This document shows, in pieces, positions 38,943 through 59,067 of a stretch of 64,000 nucleotides of DNA (its first letter is position 1; the number at the start of each line of letters is the position of its first letter). Source of the DNA: the human T2T-CHM13v2.0 reference genome, Homo sapiens; the NCBI RefSeq assembly GCF_009914755.1, contig NC_060926.1; one strand, given 5' to 3'. The notes below the pieces were generated by a model. That model saw nothing but the letters and a program-made list of their open reading frames with translations. It was not told the DNA's origin and did no database searches. The translations under genes and the position numbers were made by a program.

Positions 38943-41149
38943 GAGAAACAACTTTTAATGTATCTACTTGGCATAACCTAGCCAGACAAATGCTTTCTAT
39001 AGTTATGAAAGCGGAATTAAATTTGAACCAATAAATGTCATAATCCTCTACTACTCCATCACTTCTCCCCACTCCTAGACACATAAGCTTTAGGAATAAG
39101 TGAAAGAGTGAGGGCTGATCCCTAATGAGGCAGTGTGGAGCAGATGGGCTATCAGTGGGTCTCTTCAGGCTATTGGCTGGTGCTAGAGAGGAAGGGCACA
39201 CCCAGGAAGGGACTGGGGCTGTCACTGGTACACTTGGGTTGTTCTGATGGTGCTTCAAAACACAAGAACAAGCCAAGCAACCACACAAATGGGGGCTAAG
39301 CACAGCCATGCTTTGGGTTAAGCGGGCATATTGTCATCAAAGACCTCTCCACCTTTCTCTGTCCTGAAGAAGTTTGCCCAGATTGTGAGCACAGCCCGTC
39401 CTGGTTCCATCTGGGGAGTTTGGGATGCTTAGAAAATTTCCTTTTCATACCTGACATGCCCAAATAAAGAGAGATCTCTTTCTTTTTCTCTTTTTAAAAG
39501 GCCTGATTTAAAGACTGCTTAAATCAACATAGATGAATTAGATAAGTCATTATGCAACAATGCCTTTTCCATAATGACTCAATTTCTGAACATGGTGTGA
39601 CTTGGTGGGTTGCGTTTTGCTCTGGTTGTTCTAAGGAGGGGAGCTTAGGGCAATGACCTGGGACAGCTCTAAGATTTTGCCTTTTCTTTTAGCTGGAACC
39701 ATGTGCTAGAACTATCAGAGTATGACCAAGTTTTCCTTTTTTGCTTGGTTTGACATTGCTGCCTAAGATAAGACATACAGTACAGGCTGCAGAAACACAC
39801 AAAAATTCTGCTGATAATACACACTTGTTTCTATGGCCAGGAAGCCCTGATTTGCTCACCTCCTCACCACCATGACCAGGTGTGAATTCACAGGTAAAAG
39901 GGCAAGTTTGTTTACTCCTAGTTGCTCTTGAATAGAGAGTTGACTTTTTCACCCCCTTGGCTTGTAACTGCTGAGTTCACTAATAAACCCTTCCTTTTAA
40001 AAGGGGGGAAAATAAAACTAATGAGAAAATATCATAGGAGATAAAGAAGAATCATAAGAACCCATTGTGGAAGTTCAAAAAGAAACCGTTGAAGGTCTAA
40101 AAGCTCAGAAAAATATTTAGATCACTGATGCTATAATAGATTTAAGTAAAACAGACAGGGGCCACAAAGGGTAACATTCTAGAATATTTTGAACAATAAA
40201 ATTTAGTGTAAGCCACTTGAGGGCACCCTTTCTGCTCTGCATATCTCAATAGAGGCTCTACTTATAAACGCTTTTTAAAATCTCTGGGCTTTAAATTTCT
40301 TTATGCCAATTTTCAAACAGATTATTGAAATCTGACTGAAGAATAAGCTTATAAACATCCCTAGTAATATATCCATATTGTGTTTAAAAAGTATTTTTGA
40401 GTTGAGATCAATAAACTGGTTTGAAGTCTAAGGTTTCAAACATAAGTAAGACATGAATCTTGAAAATAACTCAATTAAGAAATAAGTAGAAAAGATTTCA
40501 ACATAAGGCAATAAAAGATACCCTCCTTCCACAGCGAAATATCACCTTCAACCAAAGTTTCTTTTTCTTGAATCAATTTTATTATGTTTAATTTTCATAT
40601 GGTGTAGGAAGGGCAAGGGAAATGGGGCATGGGAGGTCAGAGAGAACTTTCTGGAGAATGTGATCCCCACATAAAGGAATGTCAGCTGGAAACGGTGGAT
40701 GGGGTGGAGGTGGATGTGGCCGAAGACCTTGTCTCACACGAAGAAGAAGCATAAAATCATGAGAAGTGTTCAGAGCCCCACAAAGACTTCAATTTCTCAA
40801 AACATGAAGTCAAGAATGAAGGGGGGACTAGAAGGTGGAGGTTGGGGTGAAGAACTCAAGAACGAGGAGAGGGAGAAGGGTGTGGGAGCCTTGAACAGGC
40901 ACAGCTGGAGAAAGACTTAGTGGTATTACATTTTTAAAGATTTCTCTGCTCATAAATACTTGAAAAAAAACTTGAAAATGCAAAAAGCACAAAGAAGTCA
41001 TCCCCAATCCTGGAATATAGGCATAAACACAGACTATTTTTATTTTATAATGTATTTTAACATCTGACAATACCAGCCACCTTTATCGTTATACTTTTGT
41101 CTACACTTTCTTGACTCTTTTTGTTCATTCATTAGTGTCTTAAGTTTCT

Positions 41150-43190
<2,041 letters not shown>

Positions 43191-44409
43191 TAAGTAACCT
43201 CTTGGCATAACTACTGTACTTCTACTGGCATTAGAAGCAAGATGATAATTTTCCTATTATAACTTTAGTGTCCAGTTTCCACATTCTCACATTTCTTTAC
43301 TCACCAATTGTTAACTGTACGGGACAATGTTGAGCCAAGCATGACGGGGACATAATTGAGGACTGCAGTTAATGTGCTGTTGCCAGAGAGCAAATGTAAA
43401 AGGGATCTTCACCATTAGCCTGTCTCACCCTTTGCCCCTCCGCGCTTAGGGGCTGGTAAGGGTACTGTCACCTCAGGGGCAAGAGATGATGAGGATTTGG
43501 GCTATAGGTGTTGAGGATTTGGAACTCTGTTGTAAGTAGAAGCTGGCTAGGATGGCTGAGGGTTCAATCTCCTTGGTGGAAGACCCAGGGAGACTGTGGC
43601 AGTGAGGGGTGAGTCTCAGGGAGGTGAGTTGCTACCCATACAAGCAAAGCTGCTTCTGGAGGGCACACTCAGGATATCACAGAGGAGTCTGGGGTCCCCG
43701 TCTTGGTGTCTGGAATGAGCACTGGGTCAGGAGCTGATCGAGTGTATGCCTCTGTCTGCCCTGGTCTTGCTGGCCATTAGCAATGCCACTATGTGGAGTC
43801 ACTCTCTTTCCTTAGGGCAATCAACACTTTTTCCCTTTTTCCCCTAAACCTACCCTTCTAAGGAAGACACTGTTGGTGCTTCAGAGGTGGTGTGACTTTC
43901 TAAATGAGGATGGCCTCTCAAGAAAACCCATGTGATTTTTTATCCTAACTTATCTTACATCATAGTAGAAACTTCTCTCATTTTAAAGGACTGCTGCTAG
44001 CACACAAACTCAAGTTCAATTTCTGGGTAGTGTCCCTCTGGTAGGGTCACTCATTACAAAAGAATAAAGAAATATTTCCTGCATCTTTATTTTCTCTTAT
44101 GTTGGGGCCACAACAAAATAATCACATTTATGCCTTTAAGCTTCTAACTGCACCCTAGTTGATTTGCTATTTGTATATTCTTCTCTAATATTGTCTGTGC
44201 CTGTTTAACCATCTCTGAGCACTCTTTTCCTAAAATGTACATTCCTACACAAAGCTAATATCCCATTGCCTATTAAAAAGTATCCAAAATTTATTGAGAA
44301 GAATGTCATTTGCATTTAAAAAGTCAACTCCTTGCCTGGCAATCTAAGACCCTTCTCCCTTATCCTGCTCATAATTCTACTGTCTATCATTAGTTCTTTT
44401 CAGCTAATC

Positions 44410-44563
44410 ATGCTCCAGGGGACATGATGACATTTGGCAACTGGAGATCAGTTTCATGGAGGTCGGGTCCTGTTACATATCCCACAATGTGCAGAACAGC
44501 TGCCGCCCACAACAAAGAAGTGCCAGGCCCCAATGTCAATAGTTCTGAGGCTGAGAAAACCTG
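44410..44563 (+). mobile_element. MER20-like hAT DNA transposon fragment
   Basis: cccacaacaaagaa...ggccccaatgtcaatagttctgaggctgagaaaacctg resembles the MER20 3' end. Confidence 0.7.
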
Positions 44564-46279
44564 CTCTAGACAATGAGGGAAAGGGATGCCCTCAGAACCA
44601 CCTGGGGGATTCCCACCAAATGATTCTGATGTGCCCCATTCCTGGTTTAGCATAACTGTCCTGGAACAGAGTAAGATCATCTCCTGAATGAAGTTACTCT
44701 CGTTTCTCCAAACACCATTAACTGCTCTTTCCTTTGGCTTAATTATATCACTGTAGAATGGTTTCCAGGAATGGCAATTTTCTTTGATTCTCTCCTACAT
44801 GCACACTCTTTCCATTGGAGGGTCTCCTTTGGGAAGATTAAGTGATGTGAGAAGCATGCAGAGCACCTGCCTCGTCACCCAGAGTGTGAGATCCTCCATG
44901 AAAGGGAGTCTACTCTCCTTCCTTTTTCTGTAGTTTAAGCACTTTGGAATCTGAGGCCATGCCTCATGCAACTCACAGCAACACAGGAAGGCACTCATCT
45001 ACAGAGTCACCCAGTGAGTCATTCATACTAAAGTAATATCTCTTTTCATTTCACCATCAGGAGTAGTAATGTGGATTCAGTAACAGGCAAGTAACACTCT
45101 CAAAACCACAAGTATCTCCTGAGAGCAGCAAATAACAGAGTTAAAAACTTTCCTTTCTGAGAACATTGCCTTTCTCAGAAACGAAGGTGCTAAAATCACT
45201 TTTTCTTGTAAAGTGGTGATTGGAAGTAACCATTGATCACAAATGCTAATTCAGCTTCTCTAAAAGACATGTCATCTCAGACATGGTCTCTAGGCTATTG
45301 TACCCTTCCTCTCACCAAACACACATGCAGGTAATCCTCTCCATGTGCTCAAGTCTGGAGAAATGATATATCTCACAAGTTTACACCTTTTCTTTAGCTG
45401 AAATAAATGTAACCTGAAATCAACACAAAATCCAACCATGTCTTACTGTTATTCACTAAAGGTTCTTAGAACCACAAGATTACAGTATTTTGTGGCTACT
45501 GGGAGGTATTTTCATTTCTTTTTCACAAAAAGACCCAGTTATTTGACTGGTACCATCAGGGTTGATTTTTGTGTAAAATTGTGTTTTAGTGTCTCTTACA
45601 CCCCACACATACATAGTTAATTTATCAGGGTCCTTGTTATTATCTCCTCTTCTTTGTAAAGTTAGACTTAAAAATATACAAGTTTTGAAATGAACAAATG
45701 GCTGTGAATTGATTGGCTGAGAATGGTTTCTTCATGGAATAGAAGAAAGACAAGCGCTCTTTTCACTCTGTGTTCTTAAACAGTCTTCATGCTTAGAATA
45801 TGATTTTAAATTTAAATACCTAGTTCTCCTATCCATAATTAACTTGAAATGATTACTACTTAATTTTCCACCTGAATACATCATTTTCTTTTCCTTTATC
45901 TTTTGGATACATTTTTATTTGTGTACCTTCCATGGGTCAATTTAGGAAAGTTATGTACCTTCTTTGGCCCTTAGTTTCCTCAAATCCAGAGTGAGGGGTT
46001 TTGACTACATTAGTGGTTCTCAAACCTGACTGCACAGAATAATTAACTGAGGAGCTTGAGGAAATACATAATGCCCAGTTGATTCTGAGTGAGACCCACG
46101 GGGCAGATCAACTCTTAGATTATTTCCAACCTTAAAATTCTGTGCTCTGACAATACCCATTCTGGCGAGGCTGGTGAAATTGGCGAGCCATTGATCTCAA
46201 ATGGAATGGTTAGCTTGGTGATTCCAGTGGCCCGTTTCATTACAGGTATCAAAAAATCTTTAAAAAGTACCTAACTTTG

Positions 46280-46565
46280 GGCCAGGCATGGTGGCTCACA
46301 CCTGTAATCCCAGCACTTTGGGAGCCTAAGGCAGGAGGATTGCTTGAGCCCAGGAGTTCGAGACCAGCCTGAGCAATATAGTGGGACCCTGTCTCTACAA
46401 AAAGTTTAAAAATTAACCGGATGTGATGGAGCCCGGGGTATCAAGGCTATAGTGAGCCATGATTGCACCACTGCACTCCAACCTGGGTAACAGACAGAGT
46501 GATACCCTGTCACAAAAAAAAAAAAAAAAGAAAGAAAGAAAAAGAAAAAAAAAAGAAAAGAAAAC
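46280..46565 (+). mobile_element. AluJ with a deletion in the right arm
   Basis: ggaggattgcttgagcccaggagttcgag; right arm jumps from gtgatg to gagcccggg; A/GAAA tail. Confidence 0.88.
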
Positions 46566-46846
46566 AACACCTAATTTTTGACCCTGCAGTTCTACTTCTA
46601 GGCATTTATTCTTAAGAGATTATTAATGGTGTGCCAGATATCTAGTTATAATGATGTTGACTCCAGTGTTATATAAAACAGAAAAAATGAAATTCGGTAA
46701 TATTTAAATAAATTATGGTACAAGCATACAATAAAATATGATGCAGACATTAAAATAATGTTAAAGAAAAGTATTTATGTCATGGGAAACTATTTATAGT
46801 ATAACACATGAAAAAGTTGGTAATTTATTTTAAAAATTAATAATGT

Positions 46847-47277
<431 letters not shown>

Positions 47278-48099
47278 TTATGTTTTCTATGACTACTATT
47301 ATTGCTTTAATTAGGGTTATTTTAAAATCATTCTCTAATCTAGCTCCTTCTAGATATGCATGTTTAAGCCTTAAACTCTTCTCTACGCCTTTGTGTCCCA
47401 AACTGCACCGCTATAGTGCTTAGCTACAATCCCAGGTTTACAAGAAGTACTGAACTCAAACCAGCAAACATGGGTGGGCTCCACTCAGGGTCCTGACCTA
47501 AGGTCATCGAACACAAATGGAGGAGGCAGATTCCTTATCAAGAGTACAATCCAAGACAAACTGACATAAGTGCTCTATAAATGTGTAACCAGGATGCAGG
47601 ACTCAAAGGGAAGTCCCAAGCCAGGAGGAATGCACAGAGCCCTCCCAAACCAAGTGACATCGGAGAATGAGAAGGTTTCCCCTGGCAGAGAATGGGAGGA
47701 CAAAGGGCTGTAGAGATAATGGGAACATAAACACTGATTTCTTAATGTACACGGCATATTTGGGAAAAATAGAAGATTTGGGCCCGAGTGTCAAGTATGA
47801 GGATAAAATGCATGTGTTGAAGAAGAAATCTGGGGAAGTCCCAGCCCTTACTGTACCTTTGTGTGAAAAGAAAGGTACCTCCTTTGCAGAGAAAAGTACC
47901 TCCTTCTCTGAGCAGACTCAAGCTCAGCCCAGGTCGTGGGACGAACTTAGTGATTGGAGGATGGGTTGGGTTTTAGTTGCCACTTGCTCCATCAGCTGGA
48001 CACACTCCTGCAGTGTACAAACTGAACAACGGTTCCTACCACAATGCTGTGAGGTAAGGATACAGAGCTCAAAGAAGGTAAATAATTTGCCCATATTTT

Positions 48100-48830
48100 G
48101 AGCAAGGACATGCATCCAGAGTGAAGACTCTTAAGCAATGAATGTGGACATGATTCCATGGGCTGTGGGAACCATTGCTGGTTATTGAGGAGGAAATGAA
48201 ATTGAATGCACTAAGACTAGGGCACACATGGAGAATAAACAGGAAGCTATTGAACGCTCCTGGTGAGACATGATGAGACCTGAATTTGGACAGTGGTAGT
48301 GAGTAATGAAAGAAGTGAAGAAGTGTGATGGATATTTTGTAGGTAGCATGAGTGAATTTGCAGGTGAGGTGAAGTGAGGAGGGGGAGAAGGAAGACTGGC
48401 TTGATATGGGTCTTGAAGCCATCGGCATTTGCTGATAGTTGAAATTATGAGAATTTATGAGAGTCTCTAGAAAGAGAAGGAAAGACAGATCCTTAGAAAA
48501 TGCCTACATTTAAGAGGAATCAGTGAATGAACCCAAAAATAGCAATCAGAGTGAGGGAAGGGACACAAAGAAGAAAGTAGGGTGTCATGGAGGCCAAGAG
48601 TAGAGTGTCAAAGAGGAAGTGGTCAAAGTGTCAAATGGCACCAGTGTAGAACAGATGAGAGCTGAGAAGATTTCATTAGCAAGTCAGTCAGAAGGCAATC
48701 CATTACCTTCAATGAGCCGTTCAAACCCCAAGGTTCCAGGGGGTAGGTGTGTGGTGGGGGCGGTGAAGGCTGGAGTAGAGCTCTTTTGTAAGAATTTGGG
48801 TAGAGAAAGGAAGGAGAGAGGCAGGGCAGT
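48100..48830 (-). mobile_element. L2 fragment
   Basis: Purine-rich antisense L2 motifs (gggtgtcatggaggccaag, gtggtcaaagtgtcaaatg). Confidence 0.6.
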
Positions 48831-50837
48831 GGTTTCATAGGAAAGTGAAGACCAGGGAAGGCTTTAGTTATAGGGGCATGTGTGTCTAGAACATGCTTAG
48901 AGAGCGAGTGATACAGACATCACTATCTGAAGCTGATAGATACAGACGTCAGAACTGAGACATAGAAGAACCCTTTGAAAGGTGAGACTGCATTGGGAGC
49001 TGGGAGGATTGAGAAATCAAACCTAGAACACAAGTGGAGGGGCTGAGTTTGGAAAAGAGGCATGCTTTTCTTAGGAAGGAGGAGTGGGGATGAGGGAGGA
49101 GATGGGTGAAGGTTCTGGGAAACGTTGAGTTGTGCAAGAGAGGTGGTGATGGTGCACCAGCAAGAGTCCCTTTTCTCAATGGTTAGGAAATGAGAGCAGT
49201 GGCTTATAGCAACGGACATGATGATGCATTTTCACATCTGAGCCAAATAGAACATCTGAAAAGATGCTGTTGGAATGGAAAGGAAAGAAGCTTTGGGTGA
49301 GTAGAAGGGTCAATCAGAAGTGTGGCAGGCACTCTGACTGCAGTTGGATAACTTGAGGTTGTTAGATTTGTGAGGAGAAAAGTCATCTTTATCTTGTTCA
49401 CCATTCCATTCCCGTGATATAACACAGTGCCTCGCCGAGCAGATGTTCAATAAATATTTGTTTAATGGATGTCTTCTGTACTTGTGCTAATCAGTAAAAT
49501 GAGGTAAATTTCACCAGCACATATTTCGTACCCAATGGAGAAAACAAAATTAGGGAAAGAGAAGACAGGGGCCATCACAAAGGCAGGGTCATTTTGCTGT
49601 TGATGCTGGTTAACATCCCCCCTTATCACTTTCAAGTGATAAAAGAGGGAGATATGTCACTCTGGGTTCAAAGACATTTTCCACTTCAGTCCTTTTGTCA
49701 GTTTCCTGTTCTCAAACCTGTCCACCAAGCTCAGTGCAGTCCATCATACGCACAGACAATTTCTGTTACTTGGTGGTGGGGGTGCATGACCAGCACGGGC
49801 TACCTCGGGATGGGATGAAGCATGGGCAGGGGACCTCCCACCAGCTCAGCAGACCTCTGAGGCCCATCCATAGCCCCAGTCCTGGGACTGCTCTTCATTA
49901 GGGGCTGCCCTTGGGTATCCTCTTTGCAAAATAAGATTTTTCTCTTTTAGTTTTCAGTTCACCTTTAATTTCTATCCTGTAATTCTATACCTATCTATTC
50001 TCTTTGGCATCATCACTGCTCCTCCACTCAACCCCCATTTCTTTTCTGGTCTTTGAAGCATGAAGACTTTTCCCCTGCCTGGGGTCTACACTGGCTTGTG
50101 GTCAAAACATTTGCCCCAGGGACCCATGGCTTCACCAAGGTAGCTGCTGTTCCCTGGAGCTCATCTTACATGAAAATGTGTGAATCTCATTTCCATAAGG
50201 GGTATTCTCACCCTTGTTCAGTTTTCCTGTGCTGAGTTACACATTTCCAAAATGACTTTTAGGGCATGATTCTCCTGATTGAATTTCCTGGGAGGCCCCA
50301 CTGATACTCTTCTAGCAAGTGAGTGATTCTCCCAGCCCCTTTTCTTAATGCCAGGCTGGATGTCTCTCCGGCATTCTCTGGACTCACACCTCCACCCCCA
50401 GCCCTCTGCATACTTTTGAACTCCTTTCAGGTCATCAGCTTTTCTGTTCCATCTTGAAGGCTACATTTTAGAATTTCCGATGTGTCTTAGAATGGAAAAA
50501 AACAATGGCTGATTTTTCTACTTGTTTTTCTGAAAAGCAATCATTATATACAGATTATGGCACCCACAAATGACAGTGTTCAACACAAAGACATGTGTAA
50601 GAATTCCTCTGTATTTGAGGTCAGAGTGTCTTCCAATTTTAATAAGGAGTCTGGTGACTTCCAGGTGGTGGAAGCTCATTTATTGGGTCATGTCACTCAC
50701 TCTGTGAGTCTTTTTCCTCTCCTAGTTCCATGAAGCAGCAGGCTAGAGAGAAGCGATTCACGTAGTTGGTGAAGACATTACATTTTTATGGTGCTGCTGG
50801 GTATGAGAGTTTGTGCAGCTTGGTTAGAATAAGGTGA

Positions 50838-51243
<406 letters not shown>

Positions 51244-51398
51244 TTAAAACCCACACCTCTCTCTGTATGGTACATAAATGTAGACTGCCAGTGACTACTG
51301 TCCTCCTTGCCACAAATAAGACTGAAAAGGCATTACTGCCAGTGGGAGAGGCCAGTATGTGACAGTTCATCCTATCTTGTGACACAGAGATCCCTGTC

Positions 51399-51731
51399 TG
51401 TATTAATCCACTCAGGCTGCCATAACAAAATACCACAGTCTTTGTTGTGTAAATAACAGTTCGGTTTCTCCTGAGGCCTCTCTCCTTGGCTTGCAGACAG
51501 CTGCCTTCTTGCTGTGTCCTCATGTTGTCTTTCCTCTGTGTGTTCCCATCCCTAGTGTCTTGCGCTCTTATGAGGACACAAGTCCTATTGGGTTAGGATT
51601 CATCCACATAAGCTTATTTTATCTTACTTACATCTTGAAAGGCACTATCTCCAAATACATTCATATCCATATATACTGGGGGTTAGGATTCCAACATGTG
51701 AACTTGGCGGAGACACAGTTCAGTCTTCACA
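51399..51731 (-). mobile_element. MLT1-type MaLR LTR
   Basis: tgtattaatccactcaggctgccataacaaaataccacag ... gggggttaggattccaacatgtgaa...acacagttcagtc. Confidence 0.8.
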
Positions 51732-51849
51732 CTGCCCTTAGTGGAATCAAGAGTGTAGGCCTAAGTAGCAGAGTGGCACAGAGGAAAAACACCAGCCCCA
51801 CAACCCAGTGGTCATGGCATTGAAAACATTCTCTCCCATGACTCTGCCT

Positions 51850-52175
51850 TACCTTGAGGACATTCTGTTAAGTGAAATAAGCTGGTCACAAAAAGACAAA
51901 TACCATATGATTCCACTTGCGTGAGGTCCCTAGAGTAGTCAGATTCAGAGACAGGAAATAGAATGGTGGGTGCCTGGGCCAGTGTGGTGTATAAGGAATG
52001 GACGTTACTGTTCAATGGATGCAGAGTTTCAGTTTAGGAAAATGAAAAAGTTTTAGACATGGATGGTGGTGATGGTTGCACAACAGTGTGAATGTACTTA
52101 ATGCTACTGAGCTGTACACTTACAAATGGTTAAGAGGGTCAATTTTATATTATGTGTATTAGTCCTCACAAATTT
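51850..52175 (+). mobile_element. L1MB-type 3' end
   Basis: gtcacaaaaagacaaataccatatgattccactt...gatggtggtgatggttgcacaacagtgtgaatgtacttaatg. Confidence 0.85.
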
Positions 52176-54549
52176 TTGAAAAGGTTACGAGCTGCGGAAT
52201 CAGACCTGAGTTTTAGCTCCTTGTCCTCCTTCAACAATATGCACAACTCTTTATTTTTCTCTAGTAAGCCTCAGGTTTTTGAACTGCAAAATGGGAATAA
52301 TGTTTCCTCCCTGGGGACTAAAGGAGATTGTGAAGCTAAGATGTTTGATAAAGTCTTTTGTCATATAACTAGCATTTGGCCAATGATAACTAATAATAGT
52401 AACAATGATAGAAGAAGAGAAAATTCAGGGTTCAAGCAGATGATGGCATTTGCTTTTGAGTGTTTTGTCTCTTCATGGGGTCAAAGTAAACTGGAACCTT
52501 GCCTGGGCTCAGAGAACTAGGATCAGCCTCCTTGTCACATCAGGGGCCCCTGGGACTAAGACTAAGAGTCTCCGGCAAAACTTCAAGGGAGGTTTTTCAG
52601 CACTCTCAAAAGAGTATGTTGCTTAATCATGCAGGCAGTAAATCCAAGAACATGCTGGAAGAGTTTGACAGTCCCAGATGACACTCTAGCTGCATTCTGG
52701 TCTCTCTGCTTCTGGCTTCCACAGCTGCTCACTGGGTCCTCTGCTGGCTCCAAGGCCAGTCCTGCCAGGCCACAGTAAGTGAAGAACTTGGCCTCCTGCT
52801 GGGACATGTTGTCTGCCAGTACAGTGGGTTTTGAGGCCCCAGATCTGGGCCCATGGAAGCTTCAAAGTCCTGGCTCTCTCCACAACTTCCTTTTCCCTCT
52901 TCCCTTGCCATGGTGGGCCACCTTCTGAGCCCTGAGCTGCCTCAGCATCCCAGGTCTTGGCTGTGGACTGTTACTGCCACCCTGCCCACAGTTTCTAAGA
53001 GCCAGCCCAGAGCCTGACACAATTCACTCAGTAAGGAGTTTATTGGGATATTAAGAAATGCAAATGTTCTTGATAAGAATGCAACCCAGAACTTCCACTT
53101 GATACTAGAGGAGTGGCTTTCAAACACTGGTGCAGAGCAGAATTAAGCATCTTTGGGTCTTTTTCCTCCTTCCCATATGAGGTTAGGTCCTGATAGAGGG
53201 GGTTTGGTGGATCCTGAGAGGAAACTGTCCTGGGGAAGGCAAGGTGGGAGAAGGCCTGGATAGCTGGACTGGGCTGGGCTGTTCCTGAGAACATATTGCT
53301 GTGGGGTTCCTTCTTTATTGTGGGCACCACCCTTTAATGCCATACTGCTCCTCCAGGGCTCCAGCCATGGCATGCCTCCTGAGAAGTCCAGGTGGACCCT
53401 GGTCCCTGCCCTGGGGTCAGGCGTCCTTCCCCTACCCCCATCCATGCAGGCCCAGCTCAGTTTTGCAAAGGTTACAGCTCCAGTGACTAGCGAGGACTGC
53501 TAATGGTGCAACTGCCTTGGGGACACCATGGGAGGATGCATTTGGGAATGATCCCTGAATGCCTCCCCCATGGCCCTGACAGTTCCTTGCACCATGTGTG
53601 GGGCAACCTTTATAGGCCCTCCAGCCTCCTGAGCTCCTTGGTTCAAGAGCAACTGAGCCCAGCATAGTTAGAAGAAAAGCCTCCTCCCAGGCCTGCTGAC
53701 CTCCATTCACAGGGGCACGGAGGGTCCCTTGGGCTTGGAGTAAGATGGTTTCTCCTGCCTCCAAGCCTTCTATGAGGCTCCTACTCTCCTTCCCCTGCTC
53801 TCACGCCCTCACCACCATGGTCTTCATTGAGACCTCAAGTCTAAGCTTATGATCCCTTTTATCCCTGGAATGCCATGCACCCCCGGATCACCCCTCATCT
53901 CCCACTCATTACATTACCCTGCTCTCAAAATCTCCGTAACACTCTGGAAATACACAATTCCATTTCTGTCCTCCTTCCCTCCCTCATTCTCAGAAACCTT
54001 CTCCAGTTTCTCAAGAACTCACCCTGCATCCTGGCAAAATCCCCTGCATCTCACACTCTTCTGTGCACAATTTCCCTTTTGCTGGGTCTTCCCTGGGTGC
54101 TGTGCCCTGCTGCCCTCTCAGAAGGACTTTTCTCCCCAGTCCTCCCATCACGGGGGCTGGAGGTGCTGCTGATGTTTTCCCTGCTGCTTTTGGTCACAGA
54201 TGAGTCTCCTGGCATTGGGCAGCCGCACCCCAGCCCCACTCTGCCTGGCATTGCTCCTCTTCAGCTCTCAAAGGCTCTGGCCCTGGGTCACGGCCACTCC
54301 ACTTGACATTCACTCTGCTTGTCGACTTCAAAAGCCACATAGATGATCCCCTTCATGTGACCTCTGTCCTGTGCCCTCCGCCAGTGATCTCACCCTCCAT
54401 CCGGTCTCAGGCAGGCCTTGGATCTCCACAACCCCTGCCATCATCTCAGCTTCCAGCCTTGCTCTCTTCTACCTCTGTCTCTTTCCCTCCTGGCCCTTTC
54501 CTCTGCTACCTCAACTCCAACAGTCAACAGAAAATCCTCTGACCCACAC

Positions 54550-56974
<2,425 letters not shown>

Positions 56975-56990
<16 letters not shown>

Positions 56991-57270
56991 ATGGATGGAT
57001 GGGTGGGTGAATGGACAGGTGGATGGATGTACAGATGGATGGGTGGATTAAAGGACAGGTGGGTGGATGTAAAGATGGATGGGTGGATGAAAGGACAGGT
57101 GGGGGGATGTACAGATGGATGGGTGGGTGAAGGGACAGGTGGGTGGATGTACAGATGGATGGGTGGGTGAAGGGACAGGTGGGTGGATGTACAGATGGAT
57201 GGGTGGATGAAGGGACAGATGAACGCATGGACAGATACATGGATGGATGGGTGGATGGATAGACAGATGG
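56975..57270. repeat. GGAT/GGGT-based minisatellite with a 40-bp higher-order unit
   Basis: ggacag recurs at 57013, 57053, 57093, 57133, 57173 and 57213. Confidence 0.93.
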
Positions 57271-57649
57271 ACCTTAACTTGCTAGCCTTTAGCAAGGTCT
57301 GAACTTAATTACCAATATTGTGTTTGAAAATCTGGGCAAAGACCCTGGGACACCATTTGTACCATGATTAGTGAACATCATCCAACCCTGGATATTACTT
57401 GAAATCTTTGAAAGTATCAACACAGAACTTTCTTCAGACTGGAATTATAGGTAGAGTGCTGAAACTAGTTAATACCTTTGTGTCTCTCATCCAAGTTCTT
57501 CTTCATCCCAAACTAAATTCCATGTCCCTCTGAGTCACCCACTTTATCCTACTCTCATTCCCATACCTTATTTTGCCCACCAACCCACTCATTCTCCCAC
57601 TGGTGCCCCCTGGACCAACCACGTGCACTCTGCTCTCTGGAATCCCTAT

Positions 57650-57960
57650 GGATTGATTGATTCATGTATTCATTCCATAAATTATTTACTGAGTTACCAT
57701 TATGTGGTGATACAATAGTGAATGCAGTAAATTCATTTCCTGGTCTCACGGGGCTCATAACCTAGAAGAAAAGAGATATTGAACAAATATATGAGTGAAG
57801 AGTGGCACAATGGGAGACTATCCTGGGTTATTGGAACATACAAAAAAGGAAATGCTTTGAGCCCAGAGAGTTCTTGAGGAAGTCATTTCAGCAGAACCTT
57901 GAAGGATCAGTAGGAATTAACTAGCATGGGGTACTTGGGAAGCAGGGCTGAGGGCAGAAG
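57650..57960 (-). mobile_element. L2 3' end
   Basis: attcattccataaattatttactgag...ccttgaaggatcagtaggaattaactag. Confidence 0.65.
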
Positions 57961-58743
57961 GAACACTTACTGTTCCATTGTTAATGGGCTTCCTTCACCC
58001 CTACATTCTTCAGAGAGAACACTCTTGACTTCGCTGAGACCTGCATCTCCTCTGAGGACTTGGTGCCTGCTGCAGGGATTGCTACTTCTGCCCCTTTTTA
58101 TGCCTCTGAGGCGTGGTTGGAGAGGCCAGCAGTCTTTTTCATTTCACTGTCATTTTCCAAACAGCATGGAACTTTCTGTTTTCACTTTTTCTAAAATTCA
58201 TTTCCAATCCCTGTGTCCGGCCCACACCACCCTCCATATCTCTGAAATAACTTTGAAAAGTCATTTGCGACTGTATTTATGGCTGATGGAAACTTTCTTG
58301 TCCTTTTCAAACTTCACCACTTGGAGGCATTACCATTACTGTACTTACCACCGCCTCTTATACCAGCTCTCTCTGCCCTCTCTTTGTGCTCCTTCCTGTC
58401 ACATCGGCAATATTTTTACTTTCCTTTGTGGGTACCTTTTCTCCTCTGGCCTCTGAAAAGTTTCTGATCCCAGGGCTCCATTCTTGTCCCTTGTGTTTCT
58501 TGCTCTGTTCTCTCCGCCTGAATGACCTCAACTTTAACTGTAGTTTTTGTATATTGACAAAATTTGTATATTGGCAAATTACTAATGAATAGGTCTAGCC
58601 TAGAATTTAGCTGACATGTATTTCTAAGGGTATAATGTCAAGACAGCCCCTTAACTTCATCACATTCAAAGCTGAACTCACCATGCCTTTTCCTTTTCCT
58701 ACCAGGTGTTCCTCCTCCAATATTTGATATCTCTGGGAATGAC

Positions 58744-59067
<324 letters not shown>

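Noticed and set aside
44605-44614. Perfect NF-kB motif GGGGATTCCC
   Set aside because: Isolated 10-mer with no supporting motif cluster; could occur by chance in 64 kb
47667-48101. 144-aa ORF with a short 21-bp duplication near 47870-47911
   Set aside because: No recognisable homology or splice context; probably a chance ORF in old repeat-derived DNA
57926-58456. 176-aa ORF
   Set aside because: No recognisable domain or codon bias; overlaps L2-like pyrimidine-rich sequence
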